A stretch of DNA of 60,354 nucleotides, the filler included, from Asterionella formosa (lineage: Eukaryota), in the NCBI GenBank assembly GCA_002256025.1. It is 6 parts of 6 records of this genome, joined end to end, with 100 filler letters (N's around TTAATTAATTAA, not from the genome) between each part and the next. Parts side by side here need not be neighbours in the genome. Positions count along the whole stretch, not along the records: positions 30,259 to 40,226 come from NKIB01010023.1; positions 40,327 to 50,295 come from NKIB01010024.1; 4 more parts are not named here. One strand, written 5' to 3'. Shown piece after piece: positions 34,700-47,782 of this stretch. Position 1 is the first letter of the stretch. Every line of letters starts with the position of its first letter. The notes under the pieces were generated by a model. The model worked only from the letters and a program-made list of their open reading frames with translations. It was not told the origin of the DNA and did no database searches. The position numbers and the translations under genes are program-made.

Positions 34700-36330
34700 T
34701 CGAATGCATTCAGCTATGATAACTTTTGCTCCCCCCTCCTAAACACTATCTCACCACGCACCCTTGTAATAGATTTTTCATTATCGTTTGGCCGCACAGA
34801 CCCAGGTTACTCAATGCCTTAATCTGCAAGGGGTTCAGCCAAGCAGGTCCACGTTGGCGTAAAGAAAACCTCAACCCCGATTTTCCTCACATGCTCCACC
34901 CATCGAATTCTTCATTGATGAAGTCAAGGGAGCTATATTGACGACATCAGGTGGCGCAGGCTTGTGTATTTTTCATCACTGATTCATTACGGTTAATCAA
35001 AACAGTTCTGAGAACAGATAACTTCCTTTATGTTGAAGATGGAATGGAACAAGAACGTTTATCTTTCCTTCCAGATGAGTTTTTTGTAACAGAAGAAAAA
35101 GAAAATCCATTTTTACATGTGGCAAAATCTTTTTGTCCTTCTGAGAAAATCTATAACCCTCCTATTTGTTTGTTGAAACAAACATTCAAAACAACTGCAA
35201 CATATAAAGCATCCACACAATCAATGAAAATAGTAGAAAATTGAAAGTAACGCATGCGATTGATGCACATACCTCCAAATGTACTGTCAAAGTATACCTT
35301 CCGTTCCTTACTACTTCTTGAAGATAGAAATCAGTTTCTCTATGAGAAACTTCTTCAACACCATTCCAAATGCAATCCGCCAATTCGGTATTTTCCTTAA
35401 TGGCAAGAGCAATTTCAGGATAGCGTTTCATCAAGAATGTGAGGCATAACCTTGCAAACCAATTACTGCATGGACTTGATATTCCAATACTACTACTTGG
35501 TACAAATGTTTGAGCAGGATGTTTGTAAAACTGTAAGGATCATGAAAGTCATCATTGTTTATAATTTCATCCAAAACAAGGTTAGCTATTCAAGGGAAGT
35601 TAATGTGTACAGGAATCTTACCTGAGTAATTCACCAACTACTTTGCTTACATGAGAGGATGTTATCGATGCAACGATGTCCTTTCGTTTTGTATAGACAT
35701 CGTTAGCAAGGCTAGAATCACGGTATCCACTACTAGAAGAAGTATTCAGCACAATTTTGCATTCCAAGAGGGCAATCTTAAAATGAAGTTGTTGAACATA
35801 AAATAACAACGGAAAATGATGCTTCGGGTCAATCAATGTCTCATGACTAAGACGGAATTGTGAGATATTCTTTTGATCGTCATCTGTGGCAAGCTGTAAC
35901 TCTATAATATTCGTCTTTGAAATATCGGTGACTGGCTCATCCTCATTTCTTCCTTGAATGGGTGGATAGAAAGGCGGTATCTTCTTGTTACCATGATTTG
36001 ACAGTAATGAAGTACTAACATCTTTGTCAGAATCTGGATCTTGATGATGAGGTCGTTCCTTTTCTGCGGTTGATGTATCATTACCATAGTGCTCATAAGC
36101 ATGACTTGCATAGTCAGACAGTTTTGTTAACGGTGTAACGAAACCTTATTTTGTCTTTGACATGACTTGGAAGCCTTTTTTTCAGAGAATTGTCATCATG
36201 ATTGATGTTTCGTAACTTCTTTTGAGATATCCTCTCACCAACACGTTTACCAGTTCGTTTTGTTCCCTTGTTAGACATGGTGATAACGAAGTAGGAGAAG
36301 AATACCGGTAATTGAAGATGTTTCAAAAAT
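34700..36330 (-). pseudogene. Degraded coding-like region of unknown family (probably TE-borne)
   Basis: Chain of short minus-strand ORFs (36114-36326, 35618-35836, 35186-35434) and a GTAAG donor near 35620. No recognisable motif. Confidence 0.3.
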
Positions 36331-36960
36331 AAAGCTTGAAACTTTATCTACCAGTACCGGTTTGTTACTTTCAAAAATAAAATTTACCCAGTAGGTGTGT
36401 TAGGTCATGAAAAATTATTAATGGATCATTCATTGATTAACGTTTTTTACTTCAAAGATGAAATCCGAGTATATAACGATATAGATACATTATGTGTCGA
36501 TCATGATCAAACTAACATGCATTGTGTCGATATCGGTCAGTCATTCTAATATACCGGGTATCTTGAATATAGGTGATGTACTGTACTCTCCGAGTCATGT
36601 ACCGGTAAGTACCAATATACATCATAGTTACTTGTTATGTACCTGGTACCAGTGGCACCTGGCACCAATGACAATTATCTACTATTTCTTACCATAGATA
36701 TGATTACGAACATGTATACGGTTGAGGATATTCCAAGTCTTGAAAAGTTTATCTTATCACATACTTGTAGGAAATTGAATGCTCCTTTGCTTGAAATACT
36801 TTATAGACATTCATAGGTGAAAATAATACATAAATTTTGAAGAATTGGAAATTTTGATAAATGATTGCGAAATTGAAGTACCGGTACCTCTTATTTCACA
36901 CAACCTGATGATTAAGTAAGGATCGACAGCCTCTTATCGAACTAACCTGAAAGCTCTGGT

Positions 36961-37515
36961 GAGAATGAGGATTGATACCCTGTTGCTTCACCTGTCACCT
37001 GTCACCTATCAATCAACCATGAAAGGAAATGTAAGTATATGCTCTTTACCTGTTCATCTATCATTAATGATAGATGTGTACTACAAATGAATTCGACATT
37101 AATAATATATCTCGTCCCTACCTGCAAATGCGAGAATGAGGATTGATACCAGATCACTCATCAATCAAGCATGATGGGCGATGGAAGTTATATGCTCTTT
37201 ACCTGTTCATCTATCATTAATGATAGATGTCTACTACAAGGAATTCATTAATAATATATCTCGTCCCTACCTGCAGATGCGAGAATTAGGATTGATACCC
37301 AATCACTTATCAATCAAGCATGATGGGCGATGGAAGTTATATGCTCTTTACCTGTTCATCTATCATGAATGATAGATGTCTACTACAAGGAATTCGACAT
37401 TTATAATATCTCTCGTCCCTACCTGCAGATGCGAGAATGAGGATTGATACCCAATCACTCATCAATCAAGCATGATGGGCGATGTAAGTTATATTCTCTT
37501 TATCTGTTCATATGT
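36961..37515. repeat. ~150-bp tandem satellite, ~3.5 copies
   Basis: GAGAAT(G/T)AGGATTGATACC at 36961, 37132, 37281 and 37433, with shared ATCAATCAAGCATGATGGGCGATG and TGCTCTTTACCTGTTCATCTATC. Confidence 0.9.
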
Positions 37516-40326
37516 CTATTGGAGCACAAAGTTGTATTTTCTCTTCAATTTTTTTTGTAGAAACCCTTGCTTGCTTGTTATTGATTCTATCGCTTCATGT
37601 TGTTGTTATGAAATCTTCTTGGTGCACTTGAGTGTAAAGAAGAGCGCTTGTGATCATTTATTGTGGATTGTTTCGTTGCATCTATGTGGAGATGATTTAC
37701 TCATTGCAACACGTTTGCTAACGTTGTTCTTATCTCCTACAGGAAAATCAGATAAAAAGGTTAGAGAATATGAGTTTGCTGTCATTCGTTATGGTTGAAT
37801 TTTGAATAATACATCAGCAGTTTCGATGACTCTTTCATTTCATCTTTAAGAATGTCAAAGGGAATGATAGATGTCACTGAAACGAAAGGAATCAACGATG
37901 ACCTATGTGCTCATTCTGTTAAAGGATGTGAAGTTGGAATGGATGCTGCATGCATAAAGGATATAAAATTAAGTAGCAATACATATAACTCGACTTTTCT
38001 AGATCGTTGATCGAACATCATATTATGTTTGACCAAAAGTAAGATTGCTTTAGATCTGTAGAAATGAATGCGTAAGGTCGAAACCTTAGTATTATTTGAT
38101 CAAACACTCCAAATGTTAGATCAATAGATCAATTGACTTCATAAAACGGTTGTTATCATTAGATCATAAGTTGGAACATTACTTAAAAAAAGTAATGGTT
38201 CTGTATTAATGATGGTGTCATTGTTGGAACGATAAATTTTTGCATGCATTGATATAGTATAAAAAGATTGAATGTATAATACTAAGGGAGCACAACCTGA
38301 TGCAACAACAAAACTGTTTGATAAAAGAACAGTATGTATATAAACATGCATACATATGTTTATGATCAAACACGCAAAAAGTTATTGATCAATAACTTCT
38401 TATATATGATGATCAATAAAAAAATACGTCATACTGCGATAATTTTGGGGCAGTTGACAATTGAGCAAAAATGTTAGGCCTAACGCATTTTTCATTCATA
38501 GACGTTGTCTTACTAAAACTAGTCATAACTTGAAAACTAGAAAAAATCTATGTATACATTGTGAATAATATATCGTTAAGTGCCTCAAAGCCATTCGAAG
38601 TAATGTGCAATGTGGCATTGATAAAAATCCAGATACTTGGTATATTTCAGCTTCACCACCTTATACCAGTTCCATTTTCGCTCTGTCATTTGGTTGTACG
38701 GCCTTCCAGCAGGGTCTAACCGACAGCCGATGAGCAATTGGTGAGTGTTCAACCGATCACACAAAGATTCTCGAGTGTTGATGGATGTACTCAAACTAGG
38801 TCATCATGATTTGTTCGGATGCATTTCAGTGCATTGGTTCTTTTGAATTTTCTTGAGATAGCCCGGGACAATACTTTGCCATTTGGTGTGAAATCGAGCT
38901 GAGTTGTGCTTCACCAAGTTATTTCACATTTACCGGCATATGCCTAAAACGCTTTTTGAAAGCATCCTTGCTTGTTTTTCAGGATCATTATTGTCTTCTC
39001 AGATTTGCTCCATTTCCTCTTGCTCTTAAATCCATTTGTTGATTAAAGTAATAGCACCAGTGCTGTATTTCTCCATGTCTTGTTCCACCAGCTTAAAGTA
39101 TTCTTCCTGAAGTCTTGCTTGCTCATTCTTGTCCTCATGCTTCACACTTGCCGACCCAATCTCTGCCATGCATTCTAGCGATTCTAGCAACTTCTGCCTT
39201 GGCTTCTTTGAACGGAATACCTCTGCCATCACTATGCCACTTCTAAATGTAGCACTCTATGTAATACCAGTACAGGGTAGTCTATTGAGGTCTTCTAAAT
39301 ATCGGTACCAATACCAGTTACTACTCTGGAGTGCCAGGCTACCTGGGTGCTAGTACGGTACTCCGAGTACCTGGTAGGTCTACATATTAATCATACGTAA
39401 AATACATGGACGAAAAGAATTGATTTTCCAAGACAACAATATACGACTAATCTGAGTTGAAATTTCAACCAAAAGGAGAGAAAAAATTCAATCCCCAGCG
39501 CAACTGGGTTGAATTTCTTGGAGATCAGTGCCTAATTTCACCACGGTAAAATATTTTATCGTTACTGTCAAGGTACCATAATGTCCCGATTAGGACAATA
39601 CTAGTGGTCTACAGGAAAATACAACTTGGGTTGAATTTTACGATTAACAGGTATGTACCTGGCACCTGGTACCAAGTATAAGGTACCAGGTACCAGGTAC
39701 CAGGTAGAGTTGACCTGACCTGTTCGACACACTCTTGGGGCAAAAAATCGTGTGCCCCCCTTTTCTTTAAAACGGCAATTTAAAGTGCGGAATCGATAGC
39801 TGACCCTTCGTACTATCTAAAACTTTTTTCCATTTAAAAAAAGATTGCATATTTATAAAGTTATGGTCGTTTCCGCATAAACGTCCATTTTCGAGAATCC
39901 AAGAATCCTTGCCGATTCGCCAAGTACCACGCCCTACGGGCGCGCTACGGGAGAAATAGAGACAAATAAAAGCACGGTAGTTGTACTAGCTAAATATTTA
40001 ACACGGTAGAATCACATTCAAATATGTAGTCTACCGTAAATACCGGAAGTTAAACTCCACTGGGAGATAAGCTGCAAGGACGGAATTTTTGGAACATCCT
40101 ATAAACACAAACTGCTGGGAGTCAAGCTCCACGTAACCGAAATACTATGTATTGCGTAAGAGAAAGTATAGTGCGCATGATCGTGAAATGAACTTCTCTG
40201 GTTGTGAATTGGTGATACGTGCTGCTNNNNNNNNNNNNNNNNNNNNNNNNNNNNNNNNNNNNNNNNNNNNTTAATTAATTAANNNNNNNNNNNNNNNNNN
40301 NNNNNNNNNNNNNNNNNNNNNNNNNN

Positions 40327-40806
40327 GACAGCGACGATTCAGTTTATAACAATATTCAGTCACAACAGGACGAACAATTGAGACTAAAAACTGTCCAAGG
40401 GTTGAATTCAGAAACCATGCAATATTCAGATTTTCAAGATCGCACCGGCTTTCTCCCTAAAAATGCAATGGAAATGCCCCTTCCTCCTCAATTTCAACTT
40501 CCAAGTAAACATTCTCTGAACATGCATCCAATTGAATAAGAACTCATGTTATTCCTCAACGAGAATTACCTTCCACCAGTTTACTTTGATCATCTAATGA
40601 AATGGATGTTCAAGGCAAAAGCAATGAAATGTTTTGATGGAAGGTATCAAGCTCCATCCTACCAGACTTTGAAAAAACGCATGGATATTTCATTTCCACC
40701 AACATTAGCTGGTGGTCAACTGTTGACCAAACAAATAAAGATTGATAACAATTCAAATATGATCATCCCATGCACACTCCATTATTTCGAACCAGTAGCG
40801 TGTTAA
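40327..40806 (+). mobile_element. Possible transposase N-terminal fragment (Plavaka-like)
   Basis: LP..YFDHLMKW..A....F...APSYQTL.K resembles the N-termini of such elements. Weak and truncated. Confidence 0.3.
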
Positions 40807-41690
40807 GTTGACTTAACACGCCCTGTGATGGATTCACACAAGTCTGGAAATTCCTAGAAGGTATAAAACATCAGAACATGCACGCTCTCAAATATCTCAT
40901 CATGGATAATCAAGAAACCAAATCTGACCTTCAAGTTGCTGTGATTAAAATGAAAGACCTATGGAATCAAACCAAGCCATACACCCCAAATAACAATCGC
41001 ACTCATCGTGAAGACCAAAGTATTAGTCACGTTGACACACAAGGAGGTCGTGGCCGTGGCCAAGGTGGCCACTACAGTAACCGCGGTGGTAGTGGTCATC
41101 GTTCCCGCGGTCACAGAGGACGTTCCTATTCCAACTGTGGCAGCGGTCGCCGCACACAGTCACGATCTGATTACATTCCTACCGAGGTCCTAGAGTCCTT
41201 GACACCCCAACAAAGACGTTTTATGTTACAAGGACGCGATACACTCCGGCGCATTATGAGTTCACCATGAACCTGGTTCTACTAATTTGGCTGATGTATT
41301 AACCAAATGGCTTCCTCCTCACAAACATCTCAAATTATGCCTTCGCATGTTATGGTGCTAAATTTACTTTTCATATTCAAGGTGGTTCATTTATCATTTC
41401 CCTCCTTGGGGGACTATGCAATTCTCGCCATATATATGGCAACTTCATATATATATATATATATATACTTAAATATGAACACGTCAGCCCTTTTAACGTC
41501 AGACGACGTCAGAAATAAGTCACAAGAGAATGATACTTTCTCTTGTTTTGTACGCATAACAATCGGTGTTTTTATAAGCACTTATAATCTTTGTTTGTTT
41601 GATCGTTTTCATCTCTTTTATCTTTTCCATAGTTCTGCTTAGCCTCTTCACATCGAGATCTTTAAAAATTATGACTCAAAACTCAATATT
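40806..41690 (+). mobile_element. Internally deleted Ty1/Copia remnant: gag C-terminus joined to RNase H end, PPT and LTR
   Basis: KVWKFLEGIK, an RGG-rich stretch and YIPTEVLESLTPQQR (gag) run directly into HEPGSTNLADVLTKWLP (RNase H end, ~41265-41320). GGGGACTA then an LTR-like sequence follow; 41580-41665 recurs at ~43283-43365. Confidence 0.65.
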
Positions 41691-41699
41691 CCTACCGGT

Positions 41700-42930
41700 T
41701 CTATTCTTCCCGGTATACGTGTGAAAAGGCTTTTTTGTCAATATGGATGCACAAAATAATCACTCCCAAAGTAATTGTGAAACCAGCGCACAAATGAGTA
41801 TTAAAAAGGATATTACTATTGCCTGAATATAAAAGCTCTCCAAATAGCATGCTTAAGAGCACAGAAGATTGCATACACCAAAAAATTCCATAGGAATGAC
41901 TTGCCTGGCACAGGTCATGATTACTTGCACATACCGGTAGATTTTTAACGGATAGCATGGGCATCACTGTCATAAACTTGTTGTTACAATCCAATTCGCA
42001 TTATCCTCTGACAAAGGCTGTATCTGCATAAGTGTTTGAAAAGGTATTGTTATGATTGTAAATAAATCCTTAAAGGCAAGCAATAGTTGCAAATAGTCTG
42101 GCTCCAATGGTTTCCAAGCAAGGATCCAATCCATCAATTGTGAGGTAGTTACGTTCACATTGTCTTGCCTTCGTGATGAGGATTGGCTGGCAGCAGAGAG
42201 CAACTGTGTGCAATGGACGGAAAGCCACCAGGAGGAAAGGTTAGTCGGTCTAGCATATATTTTCCATTCCCAGAACTGGCATTCAACCGAAGGGATTGTG
42301 CATTCACTTCAATAAGCTCGTGTGCAAACCTGTCATATTCTAATGCCAACACATGTTGCACCCCAATCTCCATCTGGGGTTGCCATGGATGTACGACAAA
42401 ATTCTCGTATTATTGTATTTGTTCTGTACATATCTTGCAAGTCTTGCTCTGTCTTAACATTGTTGGTAAAAGGAATGGTTGTAAAGATAACTGTTTTGAA
42501 CCCAAATATTTCATTAGCGAGAGGTCAATTGTTTTCTGTAATGCTGGTGCTGTAATTGCTGCAAATTCAACAATCCACCAGTGCATTATCCGGAAAATGA
42601 GTGCATCTATAGATCCCACTGTTTCGACTTCTGTCGAGGATGCAGAAAAATTATTGTTGTACGTGAAATTAACCAAAGTCCGAACATCGTCTCTTAACCA
42701 ACCTCCACCTCCGGCGTTGGGCAATGGCTTTCCTTCCGATATCCTCCTCAGCATAGCGGTGCATGATACGCCAACTTGCCACCACCCCACCCCTCGCATT
42801 GGTGCAGAAATAACCATACCTTCATGTCCACTCCATGATTCACGTTCTAAGAGTTGCTGGTCAAAGGTAGCGCCCCCAGCAGCTTCCTCCAAACTTTGAG
42901 AAGAAAAAAAGGTTGGTAACAAACTTCAAC
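41700..42930 (-). pseudogene. Interrupted ORF of unknown family
   Basis: ORFs 42410-42922, 42155-42373 and 41970-42203 link through one stop and one frameshift into ~300 aa. No family recognised. Confidence 0.35.
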
Positions 42931-43016
42931 ACCCCCCTACCTTTGAGTTCCGACGGCAGCCCGCGATGGTTATACCGGCGCTTTCGATTTCCTCGGCCCG
43001 AAAAGCCAGCATTTTC

Positions 43017-46000
43017 TGTTGGAGAAAATATGTTAGGAAAGAAAATCCCGGTATGAATTACCTAATACATATTGAATCGAATGAATCAAGAAAGAATATG
43101 GTACCAGAGAATTCGAAAACAATCTACACCAACAGTAAAAACCCATAATTCTATTAAAACTCTTAGGAACGATTACAATCGATCACGGAGACATCGTTGT
43201 TATATCTACAGCCTATTTGGTCCCTGACATGTCCTTACAGGATACAAGAAAGCATATAGTGCTTCGGGACGCAATTTCAACACTTATAGTCTTTGTTTGT
43301 TTGATCGTTTTCATCTCTTTTATCTTTGCCATAGTTCCGCTTAGCCTCTTCACATCGAGATCTTTACAGTTCATCAGACCCATCGCCTCTGAAAGGGCGA
43401 AAAGAAGAATTTGAGAGGAGCAAACGCGAATCAGTTTTCCGAAAGAAGAACAAAACAAACAAACAAAAAAAACAAAAAAGCGGCAGTTATCTGTGCCTCA
43501 CAGTTCGCCTTAGCGACTGATTCTGATTCACGTGATCCCTGAACACTCAACAGTCACTCGGCAACAATCAATACCCAAAGAGCATCACCGAATCAAAGAA
43601 TGTTCTCAGCAACCATCGGTTTGATGTAACAAATAAATCCAACAACAAGAAACCAGGAGATAATGATAAAGAGAGGAAACAAAAGGATGCAGGCAGGGAA
43701 GACAAAGATGTGAACTTATCGTTTGCACAGTTAGAAGGAAAATGTTACTGCTGCGGTAGAGCAGGTCACAAATCCCCTTCGTGTCGAGACAAGAATAAAC
43801 CCAAAGAGGAATGGGCTATCAACAGGGCCCAAAGCCATGCACAGGCACAGGCTAATACATCCGACACGAGTACAGTTACCTCTGTTAATTCCAACAACCC
43901 GCCGTCATCACAAGCTTCACAACAAGCAAATGCCAATCAATTTGGATGGACGGGAGCTCATATGAAACTACAATTTTACCAAGCATCTGAGATGTGTGAC
44001 TGGATACTATTGGATAATCAATCAAGTGTCAGTCTTTTGCAATCCAAAAATGGTTAAAAACATTCGAATGTCAACCAACGGAAGCATGCACCTGGCCACA
44101 AATGGTGGATCCATGGTAACTAATATGAAGGCTGATCTTCCAGAATGGGGAGAAGTATGGTTTAATGAAAAGGCAATCACAAACATCTTCAGTTATACCG
44201 AAATGGCAGATAGGTACAGAATTACCTACGACTCTAAGAAAGAAGATGCATTCATTGTTCATTTGCCTGACAAAACAGTTCGATTTGAAAGAATTGGGAT
44301 GAACTTATATGTTTTCAAGCCAACTACAAGAATTAGAGCGGGGAATGCTCAAATGTTGAATACACTTGAAGAAAACAAAACATTTTACACTGAACGTCAT
44401 TTTCAGAGAGCTAAGCGAGCTCGTGATCTATTTCATGCCTTGGGTACACCATCAATTAGCGATTTCAAGGCAATAATTTGTATGAATACGATCAACAATA
44501 ATCCAGTGACTACCGATGATATCAAAATTGCAGAGAAAATTTTTGGACCTGACATCGGAACACTAAAAGGCAAGACAACTCATCGCAAGCCGCTGCCAGT
44601 CGTGAACGACTACATCGAGATTCCTAAGGAGCTTATCCAAGCTCAACGCGAAGTGACTCTTTGCATGGATGGAATGAAAGTCAATGGACAATCATTTATC
44701 ACAACAATTTCTCGAAACATTATGTATAGGACAGCGCAATGGGTCAAGAATCAGACAGCTGAAGTCTGTCGAGATGCTTTGATTCAAGTATTCCGTGTTT
44801 ATAATACCGGAAGATTTAAAATTACAACAATCCACTGTGACAACAAGTTTCGACCTTTGATGGAACAAATTTCCAATGAATTTCAAGTCACTATGAACTA
44901 CGCAAACCCACAAGAACATGTTCCTGAAGCGGAGCGAAATAATCGAGTGATTAAAGAACGCGTGTGCGCAGCTTATCATCGATTACCTTTCAAACATTTG
45001 TCACGACTGATGATTAAGATTCTAGTGACAGAATCTGCAAAGAAACTGAATTTCTTTCCGGCAAAGAACGGGATATCCCCGTATTACAGTCCTCGTATGA
45101 TTCTACATCAACGAAACCTGGACTATGCTCGACATTGCCAGTATACATTTGGCACTTATGTCCAAGCACATGAAGAACCTGTGTTTTGAAACACTAATGC
45201 ACCTCGCAGCCTAGATTGCATTTATCTACGCTACAATGACAACATGCAAGGAGGTCATGAATTATTACACCTACCTACAAATTCATTGATCACTAGACAA
45301 ACAATTACTCCTCTACCACTTACCCCAGCAATCATGAATCAAGAACACGCCCTTGCTGTGCAGGAAAATATGCCAGATGGTCTCAAGATATCAAATCGAA
45401 CGGGACAACTATTTTATGATAGTGCTTGGATTGCAGGAGTGGATTATGATAATGAAGCAAGCATTTGAAGATGCACAAGATGAAGATTATGAAGATCAAG
45501 ACGCTAGTGACAACGAAAGCAATGATGAAATTCTCGGAGAAGAAGACTATGATGAAATGACTCCGGATGAAATATATGAAGCACAACAGCTTGAATTAAA
45601 CAACCATATCCAAGAGGTAGAACTGTATCCAAGAGGTAGAACAGCTTGAATTAAACAACAATATCCAGGAGGATGACCCTGAACCTGAGGGAAACAACGA
45701 GAATAATACTGAAATGAATGCAGATGAAATCCAAGATGAGGATGAAGAGCCAGCAAATGAAACTGAAAATGATGAGGCAATGTTAGACGAAGTCAATACA
45801 AGCACTCAGGATGACTCAGACCCAAATGTTAGAACTACAAGGTCTGGAAGAGTCTCAAGAACACCATCAAAACTAACTATGGTCCAAAATCATTTGCATA
45901 CCCAAGCACACTGTCGAGAAGAATACACGACTGATAATGCGAGAGTGATCGCAAAGACAATGTGTTATATGAATGAGATGTGTATCGATAAAGAAGCATT

Positions 46001-47782
46001 TCACTTTGTTCAGTCATACAGCTTAAGGAAAGGCCTCAAGAATTTGGCCAGAAAGGAAGAGACGCTGCTTATAAGGAAATGAAACAACTACATGATAGAG
46101 TTGTATTTGAACCGATTAGGATTGAAGACCTAACCGATATCGAAAAGCGACGTGCAATGGAAAGTCTAATTTTTTTGGTTGAAAAGAGAGACAAGAGCAT
46201 TTAAGGCAGAGCATGTGCCAATGGCAGTTCGCAACGTGAATAAATGGACAGAGATGAAGCAGCTAGTCCTACTACCATGACTGAATCTGTTATGATAACA
46301 GCAACAATTGATGCAAAGCAAAATCGCGATGTTATGACTGCAGATATACCCAATGCATTTGTGCAAGTGGATATCGATGAGAAAGAAAAGGGGGAACAAA
46401 TCATTATAAAGATTAGAGGTTTGCTTGTCAATATGTTGACAGAACTCAGCCCCGAGACTTATGAAAAATATGTTGTTTATGAAGGGAGCAACAAGGTCCT
46501 ATATGTTAGGATGATCAAGGCATTATATGGCAAGTTACAGTCATCATTGTTATATTACAAGAAATTTCGGAAGGATATTGAGTCAATTGGATTCAAGGTA
46601 AACCCATATGATCCATGTGTTGCAAATCGCATTGTTAATGGCAAACAGCAAACAGTTACTTGGCCCTTGGACGATTTGAAATCAAGTCACATGGACAGCA
46701 AAGTGAATGATCAATTTTTGGAATGGCTCAAAAAGAAATACGCTTCTGACGAAATTGGTGAAGTCAAGGTCATGCGTGGAAAGAAGCATGATTATTTGGC
46801 GATGACACTAGATAACTCTCTTCCAGGAGTGTTGAGGGTGAACATGACCAAATATGTGAAATCAATGATTGATGATTTTCCAGTGAAACTTGAAAGTGTT
46901 GAAAAATTCCCATGGACAGATAAATTGTTCACAGTCGATACGAAATCAAAGAAGCTTGAATATTATAAAGCAAAAATATTTCATACTTTTGTTATGAAAG
47001 GAATGTTCCTATGTAAGCGAGGAAGACAGGACATTCAACCAGGAATTGCATTTCTGGCAACCCGGACTACCAAACCGAATGAAGGCGATTGGGTAAAATT
47101 AGCCAAGATCATGAATTTCTTGAAAGCAACTCAGAATGAGGTTGCATCTATGAGTGCTGATGACACTCAGAGCATTAAATGGTACGTTGATGCGGCGTTT
47201 GCAGTACACAAAGATTTTAAAAGTCACACTGGCTGGAGCCACATTGTCACTTGGAAATGGAATTATTTGTTCTATGTCCATGAAACAGAAAGTGAACACT
47301 AGAAGTTCGACTGAAGCAGAATTGGTTGGTGTCGATGACATCATATCAAAGGTGTTGTGGACGAAATTATTTATTGAAGCACAAGGACACTAGGTGACTA
47401 CGAATGTCATTTATCGTGACAACACTAGCGCAATGAGTCTAGAAGCAAATGGAAAAGCAAGTTCAGGAAAACGAACACGGCATTTCAACAACAAATATTT
47501 TTAATACGGATCTTATTGAAAGAAAGGAAGTACAAATCAAGTACTGTCCCACGGATGCAATGTTAGCAAAGACTACATGACAAAACCACTGGTTGGAACG
47601 AAATTTATTCATTTTCGTGAGCAAATTATGAATTCAAAGTGAGCATCCGTGTCCAGGAGGAGTGTGTTGGAGAAATTACTTTAGGAAAGTAAATCCCGGT
47701 ATAAATTACCTACTACATATTGAATCGAATGAATCAAGAAAGAATATGGTACCAGAGAATTCGAAAACAATCTACGTCAACA
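43017..47782 (+). mobile_element. Ty1/Copia (CoDi-like) LTR retrotransposon, degenerate
   Basis: Direct repeats TGTTGGAGAAA...AACA at 43017-43134 and 47665-47782, with PPT CAGGAGGAGTG. Gag knuckle CYCCGRAGHKSPSC, protease WILLDNQSS, integrase (D..KVNG, HCDN.F, EHVPEAERNNR), RT (DIPNAF, KALYG, NPYDPC), RNase H (YVDAAFAVH, RSSTEAELVG) in Copia order. Multiple frameshifts and stops. Confidence 0.93.

Noticed and set aside
42183..42899. 238-aa plus-strand ORF
   Set aside because: No motifs; antisense to the longer interrupted minus-strand reading.
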